DNA of 64,000 bases, from contig CAWDYA010000007.1 of NCBI GenBank assembly GCA_963806495.1, forward strand, positions 371,945-435,944, read 5' to 3'. Below, piece after piece: positions 41,575-49,978 of the stretch. The translations under genes were made by a program, and so were the position numbers. The notes beneath the pieces were generated by a model. The model was given only the letters and a program-made list of their open reading frames with translations, ran no database searches and was not told the origin of the DNA. The DNA comes from an uncultured Acidobacteriota bacterium. GTDB lineage: Bacteria; Acidobacteriota; Polarisedimenticolia; JACPZX01; DASXTC01. How positions within the stretch are numbered: position 1 is the first letter of the stretch; each line of letters begins with the position of its first letter.

Positions 41575-42780
41575 TCAGCCCGCCTCTGCCACGGGCACGC
41601 ACGCCAGCGCCTGCTCGAGGTCGTCCCGCAGGTCCTCGACTGCCTCGCAGCCGACCGCCAGGCGGATCAGGTCGTCGCGGATGCCGGCGGCTTCACGCTC
41701 CTCACGCGGCAACGAGGCGTGCGTCATCGACGCCGGATGCTCGACGAGCGTCTCTACCCCGCCCAGCGAGACGGCGAGCGTGGCCAGCCGGAGCGCGTTG
41801 ATGACGGATCGCGACGCCTCGAAGCCTCCCTCCACGCCGAAGGTGATCATCGAGCCGAACCCGCTCATCTGGCGACGGGCGAGCTCGAACTGGGGGTGCG
41901 TGGGAAGCCCGGGGTAGGAGACCCACGCCACGGCCGGATGCTCCGAGAGCCAGGAGGCCAGGTGCGCCGCGTTCTCCTGCGCCCGCTGCACGCGCAGCGA
42001 CAGCGTCCGGATGCCACGCAGCACCAGCCACGCCTGATGCGGATCGATCGTCCCGCCGAGCCCGCGCAGCATCGAGGAGAGTCCGGCGTAAGCGGCCTCG
42101 TCGTTCGCCACGATGACACCCGCCACGACGTCGCTGTGGCCGTTGAGATACTTGGTCATGCTGTGCACGACGATGTCGGCTCCATGCCGGAACGGCTGCT
42201 GCACCAGGGGAGAGGAGAAGGTGTTGTCCACCACGAGCAGCGCGCCGGTGTCGTGCGCGAGCCGGGCGCAGGCCTCGATGTCCGTCAGCTTGAGCGTCGG
42301 ATTGGCCGGTGTCTCGATGAACAGCAGCTTCGTCTCGGGACGCATCGCCGCACGCACGGCGTCGATGTCCTCGGTCGGGACCCAGCTCGAGAGGATCCCG
42401 AACCGCGCGAGCTGCTTCTCGAGCAGCACCCGCGTGGGCCCGTAGACAGCGTCCGTCCCCACCACGTGATCGCCCGCCGCGAGCGTCGCGAGGAACACGG
42501 TCGAGATCGCCGCCATCCCGGACGCCGTGGCCAGCGCATCGTACCCGCCCTCCAGCTCCGCCACGCACCGCTCGAGCGCGCGGGTGGTCGGGTTGCCGAG
42601 CCGGGTGTACTTGAAGCCCGGGTCCCGGCCGGCGAAGCGGGCGGCGCCCTCGTCGGTGTCCCTGAACGAGAAGGTGGATGACTGGTAGATCGGCACGGAC
42701 ACGGCGCCGTACTGCGGGTCGGGCTCGGGGCCGCCGTGAATGGCCAGGGTGTCGGGACGTCGGGAACGGTGCTCCGGCAT
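41575..42780 (-). CDS. PLP-dependent Cys/Met-metabolism enzyme (methionine gamma-lyase / cystathionine gamma-synthase family)
   Basis: 401 aa; 'HSMTKYLNGHSDVVAG' with the PLP-binding lysine, full-length family match. Confidence 0.85.
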   Translation of the reverse strand: MPEHRSRRPDTLAIHGGPEPDPQYGAVSVPIYQSSTFSFRDTDEGAARFAGRDPGFKYTRLGNPTTRALERCVAELEGGYDALATASGMAAISTVFLATLAAGDHVVGTDAVYGPTRVLLEKQLARFGILSSWVPTEDIDAVRAAMRPETKLLFIETPANPTLKLTDIEACARLAHDTGALLVVDNTFSSPLVQQPFRHGADIVVHSMTKYLNGHSDVVAGVIVANDEAAYAGLSSMLRGLGGTIDPHQAWLVLRGIRTLSLRVQRAQENAAHLASWLSEHPAVAWVSYPGLPTHPQFELARRQMSGFGSMITFGVEGGFEASRSVINALRLATLAVSLGGVETLVEHPASMTHASLPREEREAAGIRDDLIRLAVGCEAVEDLRDDLEQALACVPVAEAG

Positions 42781-42836
42781 GACGTGTCTCCTATTTATTC
42801 CATTCTACCCGATCGATCGAACAGGCATGAGGAACC

Positions 42837-43865
42837 TCACAGACCCACGGCCATCATCCCTGCCCCGAGCGCGAGCCCCGCCATCGTGTTGACCGCCTTG
42901 ACCCGGAGGAACTCGCGACGCGACTCGGCCAGCAGCGGCAGCATGCCGTGGCCGTCCTGCACCACGCACGAGGCGGCCAGCACCGAGAAGGGGATCGCTC
43001 CCTGCGCGAACAGGGTCACGAAGATCATGTGCGGACCCGATTCGGGAATGATGCCGACGACGGTGGCGGCCAGCAGCGCCCACACCTTCCGATGCTCGAC
43101 GAATGCGGCGAGAGGAATCTCGGCCCACTCGAGCCAGGCCAGGACGAGCAGGATCCCGAGCACCCAGAGGAAAACGCGGGGGAGATGCTTCCTTGCGACA
43201 TGCCTGTACAGATGCTCCTGGAGGAAATGCTCCGGGGCGATGAGAACCACCACGAGTCCCGCGGTGGCGACGAGCACCACCGAGATGCGGATCCAGCTCC
43301 AGTCCGGCGGCCCCAGCCAGCCGACGACGAGCGCGAGAAGGAGCATCATCAGGCCCGTGGCGAGAGTGGCCCGGGCGAGGCTCCAGTCGACGAGTGAGGT
43401 CACCGACAATCGCGCGCGGACCAGCTCCTGCTGCTCACCGTGAAGGGCGATGCCATCCGGACAGGGCTCGCAGTCGTAGAACCGCGGCTTTGTGGTGCGT
43501 TGCACGAGAAGCGCGACGAGGATGCCGTAGGCGAGCAGCAGCAGAAACAGCAGGAGCGCCTGTCTGGGGAAGAGAGCCAGCATCACGAACGCCTCGTCGC
43601 CGCTCGAGGCGATCATGGCTCCCGTCAGGGTGCCGAACGGGATCATCCGGTGCGTGTAGAGGGTGACGTTGGTGAAGGCGCCGAGACAGCCCGGGACGGT
43701 TCCGACCAGCGCGGCGGCCGCCGTGGCCGTCACGCCGCCACGTTGCAGCCAGCGGCCGAGGAATCCCGCCGTCACGACCTGGGCGTACTCGACGAGGATC
43801 ATCATGACGAAGACGAACCCCGTCACCATGATCGCCTCGGCGAGAACATCGCCGGCCCGGTCCAT
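42837..43865 (-). CDS. Polytopic membrane permease (two-repeat architecture; possibly ArsP_2/DUF2899-like)
   Basis: ORF 42837..43928 with start chosen at 'MDRAGDVLAEAIMVTGFVFV' (GGAGGAGGA Shine-Dalgarno); about 8-10 hydrophobic helices, Cys motifs 'GTVPGCLGAF' and 'DCEPCPDG'. Family assignment is tentative. Confidence 0.6.
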   Translation of the reverse strand: MDRAGDVLAEAIMVTGFVFVMMILVEYAQVVTAGFLGRWLQRGGVTATAAAALVGTVPGCLGAFTNVTLYTHRMIPFGTLTGAMIASSGDEAFVMLALFPRQALLLFLLLLAYGILVALLVQRTTKPRFYDCEPCPDGIALHGEQQELVRARLSVTSLVDWSLARATLATGLMMLLLALVVGWLGPPDWSWIRISVVLVATAGLVVVLIAPEHFLQEHLYRHVARKHLPRVFLWVLGILLVLAWLEWAEIPLAAFVEHRKVWALLAATVVGIIPESGPHMIFVTLFAQGAIPFSVLAASCVVQDGHGMLPLLAESRREFLRVKAVNTMAGLALGAGMMAVGL

Positions 43866-44212
43866 CACGCCTGCTCCCTCTCCTCCTCCGGCGCGTGTCG
43901 CCGGCCGCGACGCCGATTGCCGGCCCACGCCACCGAGCCGCCCGCGATGCGGATCGCCTTACCGCTCACCAGCGCCTCGGCGATCTTGCGCCGCGCGGCC
44001 GCGACGATCCGTCCGAAGGTGGCGCGCGATACACGCATCCGCTCGGCCGCCGCGTCCTGATAGAGACCCTCGAGATCAGCGAGACGGACGGCCTCGAGCT
44101 CGTCGATCCCGAGGGCGACCTCCTCGAGACGTTTGAGGGGAACCCCCCGCGGCTTGAAATAATCGTATCCGGGAGGGCCGGCCACACGGCGGCAACAGGG
44201 GCGACGAGGCAC
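43865..44212 (-). CDS. DUF134/UPF0251-family predicted DNA-binding protein
   Basis: Real part of ORF 43865..44278. A GTG start gives 'PRRPCCRRVAGPPGYDYFKPRGVP', matching the family N-terminus as I recall it, and avoids a 65-nt overlap with the upstream gene; helix-turn-helix-like 'RVSRATFGRIVAAARRK'. Confidence 0.6.
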   Translation of the reverse strand: MPRRPCCRRVAGPPGYDYFKPRGVPLKRLEEVALGIDELEAVRLADLEGLYQDAAAERMRVSRATFGRIVAAARRKIAEALVSGKAIRIAGGSVAWAGNRRRGRRHAPEEEREQA

Positions 44213-44213
44213 C

Positions 44214-44618
44214 TCAGGACCCTCCACACCCGCCGCGGTGCCGATGACCCGCCGGCTCGCCCAGGACGTGTCGTCCATCGCAGGCGTCCTTCGCGTCGAG
44301 CACGGTCGTCAGACCATGGCTGAAATCGCTGACGGCCTCGCTCGCCCGCGTCGCCCCGGTGACGAGCACGCGGATGCCGGCCTTGTTGAGGGCACCGACC
44401 GCCCGCTTGCCGGCGCCCCGGCAGACCACGGCCTCCACGCCTCGTCCCGCAAGAGGCTTCGCGGGCGCGCACGTGGCCTCGCCGTGCGGGAGGTTGGGCA
44501 GGACGGTCACCTCCCCGGTGCTGGTGTCGAACAGGGTGAGGAAACGGGCACGTCCGATGTGGTCCGAGACGACGGCCTCGAGTCCCCGGTTGGTCTCCGT
44601 GGGAACGCAGATCCTCAT
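44214..44618 (-). CDS. NifX/NifB-type dinitrogenase FeMo-cofactor-binding domain protein
   Basis: 134 aa; 'MRICVPTETNRGLEAVVSDHIGRARFLTLFD' and 'GVEAVVCRGAGKRAVGALNKAGIRVL'; GAGGAGGA Shine-Dalgarno 7 nt upstream. Confidence 0.65.
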   Translation of the reverse strand: MRICVPTETNRGLEAVVSDHIGRARFLTLFDTSTGEVTVLPNLPHGEATCAPAKPLAGRGVEAVVCRGAGKRAVGALNKAGIRVLVTGATRASEAVSDFSHGLTTVLDAKDACDGRHVLGEPAGHRHRGGCGGS

Positions 44619-44666
44619 GACGGGTCCTCCTCTCTATTTCGCGCTGCGGCACGCTCTTCCATATTA

Positions 44667-44680
44667 TGAGCATATGCTCA
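44667..44680. promoter_or_regulatory. Perfect 14-bp palindrome TGAGCATATGCTCA (candidate operator)
   Basis: Sits in an AT-rich stretch about 50 nt upstream of the NifX-like start codon, inside the likely promoter region. Confidence 0.35.
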
Positions 44681-44852
44681 AAAAGATTCAAGAGGGAGGG
44701 CGAGCCTCGCCGGATCTGTCGTCATCGGAAGTGATCCGGGCCGCCCCCGCAGCCGATGAAGCGCCGTCACCGGATCGGGCCAGGGGCGGCGGCCACTTGA
44801 GGCGCCACGCCGGGGTGGTGTACCCTACGCCCCCGCTTGTCCCGGGACGCGC

Positions 44853-44930
44853 GTCCCCATCGTCTAGCCAGGCCTAGGACACAGCCCTTTCAAGGCTGCA
44901 ACACGGGTTCGAATCCCGTTGGGGACGCCA
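44853..44930 (+). tRNA. tRNA-Glu (anticodon TTC)
   Basis: 78 nt with encoded CCA; acceptor GTCCCCA/TGGGGAC, anticodon loop CTTTCAA; very close to the canonical bacterial tRNA-Glu sequence. Confidence 0.85.
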
Positions 44931-45004
44931 AGCCGGCCCCGCCGCTACCGGCGCGTCTGAGGTTCTCTCGCCGAGGTGACACCGCCAGCGGGCCAAGAAC
45001 AATG

Positions 45005-45160
45005 GGAAAATGCCCCCCACTCGTGTGAAGAAACACCGATCAAGTTGAATTATTTGAGCAGGTTGCAGTCGCTCCCGGCTTGCCGGCGCCTGCCCCCGGT
45101 GAACGGCACGGTGGAGGCGGCTCGTGCTGCGCACCTTCACACCAGTGGGGGGCATTTTCC
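45005..45160. repeat. Long inverted-repeat element (MITE-like), 26-bp arms flanking about 104 bp
   Basis: Left arm 45005-45030 (GGAAAATGCCCCCCACTCGTGTGAAG) pairs with the reverse complement of 45135-45160 at 25 of 26 positions. The interior includes an AT-rich stretch ('caagttgaattatttgag'). About 75 bp downstream of tRNA-Glu. Confidence 0.45.
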
Positions 45161-45260
45161 AAAATAATTCGACCATCCCGGCATCCCGCCCGTAGTTATG
45201 ATTACAGCGTCCCGCGGCCCCCGCGGGGCACAAAGGCCATTCGACTCAGGAGGGTCGCCC

Positions 45261-46430
45261 ATGTCGGAGAAAACCCCCAGGACAAGGTATTTCAGGCACC
45301 TCGCCGTCGTGGCGATCGCAGCGGCCGCCGGAGTGGCGCTTCTGGTCGCCGCCGCCCCGGCTCCCGCGGCCCTCGCGGCGCACCCGGCCGACACCATCGC
45401 GGCCGCCGCACCGCCGGCCCCGCCGGCGCCTCCAGCCTCCCCGGCGGCCCCCGCGCCACCGGCTCCCCGCGAGCGCGATCACCGCGGCTGGCTGGGCGTC
45501 GTGCTGAGCGATCAGGGCGATGGCGTGGTCATCCGCTCGGTCGTCGGCGACAGCCCCGCGGACGAGGCGGGACTCAAGCGCGGCGACAGGATCGTCGAGT
45601 TCGAGGGGCGCCGCATCGACGAGTCCGATGACCTGATGGACGTGATGCGGGGCCTGAGACCGGGCGATCGGGTGAAGATCAAGGTCGATCGGGACGGCTC
45701 GCAGGAGACCCTCAGCGCCACGCTGGGCGAGTCGAAGCGCCGGATGGTTCAGCGCTTCGAGTGGAAGGGCGAGGGGGACGACGATATGGACGGCCCCAAC
45801 GTCATCTTCAACGACGAGGGTGGCCATGGCCACCATCAGTTCATGGTGCTCACCTCCGGGCCGATGCTGGGTGTGGAGATCCTCCCGATGAGCGAGGATC
45901 TGAGGGCCCACTTCCGCGCACCGAAGGACTCGGGTCTGCTGGTCAACCGCGTGGTAAAGGATTCACCCGCGGATCGCGGCGGCGTGCGTGCGGGCGACGT
46001 GATCCTGGAAGTGGACGGGCAGGAGATCTCCGACTCGGGCGACATCCGTGACGCGCTGTCCGACCACAAGGCGGGCGACCGCGTGCCGGTGAAGGTGGTG
46101 CGCGACGGCAACGACGTGACGCTGGACGTGACACTCGACGAGGAGCACTCGTTCGGTCATCCGCGTCACGGCGCCTTCTACGTTGGTCCGGATGCAATCG
46201 GGATCGGCGAGGGCGTCGTCTCGGTCGACGAAGAGGAGATTCAGCGGGCGGTCGAGGAGGCCCAGCGCGCGCTGAAAGAAGCCATGGAGGAGATGCACCT
46301 CCAGATGAAGGAGCAGCACGAGAAGCAGAAGGAGATGGAGCAGGAGATCCGGGAGAAGCTCGAAGAACTCGATCACGACCAGCAGGAGACGGTCACGCGC
46401 GTCCACCGGGTCGTCACCTACGACATCTGA
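45261..46430 (+). CDS. Secreted tandem-PDZ-domain protein with Pro/Ala-rich linker and acidic C-terminal coiled-coil
   Basis: ORF 45198..46430 with start chosen at 'MSEKTPRTRYFRHLAVVAIAAAAGVALLVAAA'; two PDZ-like units ('GLKRGDRIVEFEGRRI', 'GVRAGDVILEVDGQEI'); Glu/Lys/Gln-rich C-terminus. Confidence 0.7.
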   Translation: MSEKTPRTRYFRHLAVVAIAAAAGVALLVAAAPAPAALAAHPADTIAAAAPPAPPAPPASPAAPAPPAPRERDHRGWLGVVLSDQGDGVVIRSVVGDSPADEAGLKRGDRIVEFEGRRIDESDDLMDVMRGLRPGDRVKIKVDRDGSQETLSATLGESKRRMVQRFEWKGEGDDDMDGPNVIFNDEGGHGHHQFMVLTSGPMLGVEILPMSEDLRAHFRAPKDSGLLVNRVVKDSPADRGGVRAGDVILEVDGQEISDSGDIRDALSDHKAGDRVPVKVVRDGNDVTLDVTLDEEHSFGHPRHGAFYVGPDAIGIGEGVVSVDEEEIQRAVEEAQRALKEAMEEMHLQMKEQHEKQKEMEQEIREKLEELDHDQQETVTRVHRVVTYDI

Positions 46431-46482
46431 TCCATCGCCACGCCCGCGGCGGGAGGCAGCGCCTTTCGCCGCGGCGCCCCCC

Positions 46483-46686
46483 TCATCCTCTCCGAAGGAG
46501 CAGCCCCTCCAGCGTCTCGCACGCCTCGCGCGTGCGCGCCAGATTGTCGGTCATCGTGGCGACGAAGGCGTCCGGCTCGACTTTCCCGGTCGCCCAGGCG
46601 GTATAGCTCCGGCGGCGCTGCTGGCACAGGTCGTCGAGAGTGCCGAACAGCGTTCGCAGCCTCTCGAATCTCTCCTGCTCGTCCAT
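46483..46686 (-). CDS. Small hypothetical protein (67 aa)
   Basis: Protein-like composition; lies 19 bp downstream of the SGNH hydrolase gene on the same strand. No recognisable motif. Confidence 0.35.
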   Translation of the reverse strand: MDEQERFERLRTLFGTLDDLCQQRRRSYTAWATGKVEPDAFVATMTDNLARTREACETLEGLLLRRG

Positions 46687-46704
46687 GCGCTCCTCCCGCT
46701 CCGC

Positions 46705-47832
46705 TCAGGGCGCGGCCGGAGCCGATGCGGGCAGGGACTCCGGCGCCTGCGTGTCCCGCGCGATCATCGGCTCGAATGTGCCCGCCAGCACTCCCGCCGC
46801 ACACCGGTATCCGCGTGCCGAAGGATGGTGATCCAGCGGCATGTGGAAGAACTTGCGCCCGGTGGGATCCTGCCGCTTGTACTCGGGCAGGAGATCCACC
46901 ACAGGGATGTCGAGTCCCTCGGCCATCTCGGTGAGACGTCGTTGAGCCTCCGCCGGGGCGTCGCGGCTGATCTGCTCCCAGTAGGGGAAGATGACGAACA
47001 CGAGACGGATATGGCGCTCGTCGAGGATCCGCTTCATCTCGGCGAGGTAGCCGCGGTACTCGTCGAACAGATCCAGCGTGGTCTGATCGTACGGCAGGCG
47101 GATCAGATGGCGGATGTCGATCTTCTGGATGGTGTCGTCCTCGCCGGTGGCTTTACGCGCGTAGGCCTTCAGCAGAAACAGCGCGTTGTAGATCGCCGTC
47201 TGCCGCAGATGAACCTTGAGCGGGCCGAGCAGGTCCCGCGCGTTCTCCTCCACAGAGAGCTTGAGGACCTCGCGGGACGACCTGCCACGGGTCAGGTCCG
47301 CGAGATCGTTGAGCACGAACGCCACCACGACGGCATCCGGCCTCAGGTCGAGCCCGTGCTCTTTCAGGAAGCCCAGCTCGTCGACGATCGTGAAGCCGCT
47401 GATGCCGGCGTTGATGACCTCGAGCGGCCGGCCGGGCAGGTCCTCCCGCAGACGTGTCTCGAGCTGAAACGGCCAGGTCTGCTCGTCGTTCACGTAGGCG
47501 CCGAAGGTGTATGAATCGCCGAGACAGAGAATACGATAGGTGCCGGCCGGCTTGCTGACGGTCACGTCCGGGCCCCGGAACCCGATGTTGCTGACGGAGA
47601 TCCGGTAGGGCAGCCCCATCTTGAACCGGTCGGTGAAGCTCTGCCCGGGCAGGAGCGGCCCGGGAGTGGAATTCCACTGCTCCGGTGACACATATTCCAG
47701 CGTGTGCGCCGGGACCACCTCCGTGACCCGGAGCACCATCTCGATGAGGAACAGCATGAGGCCGGTGGATACGACCGACAGCAGGATGTTCTTCGCCAGG
47801 GGCGCGCTCAGGATTTTCAACCGGGCCTCCAT
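46705..47832 (-). CDS. SGNH/GDSL-family hydrolase, membrane-anchored
   Basis: ORF 46705..48069 with start chosen at 'MEARLKILSAPLAKNILLSVVSTGLMLFLI' (N-terminal helix); 'YRILCLGDSYTFG' block I and 'HMPLDHHPSARGY' block V. Confidence 0.7.
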   Translation of the reverse strand: MEARLKILSAPLAKNILLSVVSTGLMLFLIEMVLRVTEVVPAHTLEYVSPEQWNSTPGPLLPGQSFTDRFKMGLPYRISVSNIGFRGPDVTVSKPAGTYRILCLGDSYTFGAYVNDEQTWPFQLETRLREDLPGRPLEVINAGISGFTIVDELGFLKEHGLDLRPDAVVVAFVLNDLADLTRGRSSREVLKLSVEENARDLLGPLKVHLRQTAIYNALFLLKAYARKATGEDDTIQKIDIRHLIRLPYDQTTLDLFDEYRGYLAEMKRILDERHIRLVFVIFPYWEQISRDAPAEAQRRLTEMAEGLDIPVVDLLPEYKRQDPTGRKFFHMPLDHHPSARGYRCAAGVLAGTFEPMIARDTQAPESLPASAPAAP

Positions 47833-47857
47833 TCTTTTCAGCGCGGAAGTATGGCAG

Positions 47858-49975
47858 ATGTTCCGCCGCGTGGAAAGCGCCGTCCCGGCGGCGATGGTCG
47901 CGCTCGCGCTGCTGGCCGCCGCGCCGCCCGCCGTGGCGACCGCGCCGGCCCGCGACCTGGCGCTGCAGGGACGGCGGCACCTCGACGCCGGCGAGATTCC
48001 CGAGGCCCGCGCGGCCATGCACGCGGCGGCCGAGGCGTTCGTCGCGGACGCGGGCGGCCGCAGCCGCACGCCGGATCCGGAGCTGGCCGATTACCTCGGG
48101 CTGGGGCTGTACAACCTCGGCGTTCGGCTCAACAACGCCGGCGACGCGCCAGGCGCCCTGGACTGTTTCGCCGACGCGCTCGACGTGATGCGGCTGACTC
48201 CGCGGATGCGTGACGAGGCGTTCCGCTCCCGTCTCGCCGACTCCTCGCTGTCGGTAGCCGGATTCATCGTCTCGACCGGATCGATCGACCGGCCGATCGA
48301 GGTGTACGGACTGCTGGGGGACCTGTTTCCGGAAGATCCCCGCCCGTTCATCGGTCTGGGGGAGGCGCGGCTGTCGACGGGCGACCTGCCGGGCGCCGAA
48401 GCCGCGTTCGATCACGCCTGGGCCGCCCGGCCCGGAAGCGCCGAGGCGCTCGCGGGCAAGGGACGCGTGGCGCTCCGGATCGCCCTCTCGGGACCTCCGG
48501 CGGACGCGGCTCCCGGGGAGGCTGCCGCTGAGACCGCCCGCGCGGTGACGGCGGCCGTGGATCTCCTGAGCAAGGCGCGGGACCTGGATCCCTCTGCGGC
48601 AAGGGAGCGCGAGCTGGCCGCGGCCCTGCAGAAGGCGGCACCTGTTCTGGGCCGCGCCGGGCTGGCCGCCGAGGCGGCGGAGAGGCTGAAGGAGGCGGAG
48701 TCCTCGCTCCGCAGGGCCGTGGCGGTCGATCCGGGCTCGCCCTGGGCGCGGATGGATCTCGCCACCTTCGTATTCAGGGCGAGACGGTACGAGGAGGCGG
48801 CCTCGCTGTTCGCGCAGGCCGGGGCGGCGTTCCACCGGATGGGGCAGGCGCGACCGGAAGATCGCAACGCGGCGGTCTGGGCGTCGGCCGAGGCGTCGTG
48901 CCGGGAGAACCGTGCCACGGCGATGTACAACCTGGCGGTGGATGCGCTCAACCGCGCCGAGTTCGCCCGGATCGAGGGCTACCTGGCGGAGGTCTGCCCC
49001 GTCAGCCCCCGCTGGGAGAGCACCTGCGAGGCTTTTCGGGGCGCCGCGGCCGTGAGGCAGCGCTTCTTCGAGAAAGCGGTGGCCGCTCACGAGGAGGCTC
49101 TCGCCGCCGAGCCAGGCCGTGCGGCTGATCTGCTGGCCCTCGGCGATCTGTACGCGGATGTCGGCGCCTGGGAGAAAGCCCGCACGTACTACATGAGGCT
49201 GCGAGCGATGCATTCCGACGTGCCGGGACTGGCCGATCGGCTCGCGTCCGTGGCCGCTCCGAAGCAGGCCGCGGTTTCCACGCGGGTGGTCGAGGTGTCC
49301 CGCGGACGGGTGCAGGTGAGCTATGCGGGCGAGGACCCGGGCCCGGGATTCGACACCGCGGTGAAGGCAGCCTGGCTCCGCGTGGAGACCGCGCTCGGGC
49401 GTGACGCGCTCAACGGCGATCTGCCGATCCTGGTCTATCCGAACGCGCGCTCGTTTCGCGAGGAGGCGGGTTACCGGGTCGGCTCGCGGGTGAAGGGGTA
49501 CTATGGCGGCGGGCGGATCAGCGTCTTCATCACTCCATCGACCACCACCGTCGAGTGGGTCTCGATCCTGACGCACGAGATGGCCCATCATGCGATCGAA
49601 CGTCTGTCGGACGGCGCCGCTCCCTGGTGGCTGGCCGAGGGGCTCGCACGGTACATCGAAGGGGATGCGGCGATCGTGGATCGACCCCGTCTGAAGCACC
49701 GCCTCGAGGCAGGCGCGCTCGGCCCGCTGTCGGGTCTCGACGATCGGATGGACAAGGCATGGAACGATCCGGAGGTCTACACGGACGCGCGAGACATGGC
49801 GTTGCTGGCGGTCGAGGAGATGTCCCGCCGAGGCGGGATCGACGCCATTCGATCCCTGCTGGCCGCCCTGGCCGCGGCCGATCCGGCGGCGCCGATCGAC
49901 GCGCCGGTGCGGCGCGTGTTCGGCGCCTCGCTCGGGGATATCGACGCCGCATGGCGCGCCGCGCTCGAGTCCTGA
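47858..49975 (+). CDS. Secreted TPR-like repeat protein with C-terminal peptidase-MA-like HExxH domain
   Basis: ORF 47621..49975 with start chosen at 'MFRRVESAVPAAMVALALLAAAPPAVA'; Ala-rich helical repeats; C-terminal 'SILTHEMAHHAIE'. Confidence 0.65.
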   Translation: MFRRVESAVPAAMVALALLAAAPPAVATAPARDLALQGRRHLDAGEIPEARAAMHAAAEAFVADAGGRSRTPDPELADYLGLGLYNLGVRLNNAGDAPGALDCFADALDVMRLTPRMRDEAFRSRLADSSLSVAGFIVSTGSIDRPIEVYGLLGDLFPEDPRPFIGLGEARLSTGDLPGAEAAFDHAWAARPGSAEALAGKGRVALRIALSGPPADAAPGEAAAETARAVTAAVDLLSKARDLDPSAARERELAAALQKAAPVLGRAGLAAEAAERLKEAESSLRRAVAVDPGSPWARMDLATFVFRARRYEEAASLFAQAGAAFHRMGQARPEDRNAAVWASAEASCRENRATAMYNLAVDALNRAEFARIEGYLAEVCPVSPRWESTCEAFRGAAAVRQRFFEKAVAAHEEALAAEPGRAADLLALGDLYADVGAWEKARTYYMRLRAMHSDVPGLADRLASVAAPKQAAVSTRVVEVSRGRVQVSYAGEDPGPGFDTAVKAAWLRVETALGRDALNGDLPILVYPNARSFREEAGYRVGSRVKGYYGGGRISVFITPSTTTVEWVSILTHEMAHHAIERLSDGAAPWWLAEGLARYIEGDAAIVDRPRLKHRLEAGALGPLSGLDDRMDKAWNDPEVYTDARDMALLAVEEMSRRGGIDAIRSLLAALAAADPAAPIDAPVRRVFGASLGDIDAAWRAALES

Positions 49976-49978
49976 CCG

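Noticed and set aside
44837-45028. 63-aa ORF overlapping tRNA-Glu
   Set aside because: It is a translation of the tRNA gene and its flank; not protein-coding.
41496-45160. Integrated prophage or genomic island at the tRNA genes
   Set aside because: No integrase, recombinase or phage structural gene near either tRNA; the only signals are the inverted-repeat element and, far away, an Xis-type HTH.
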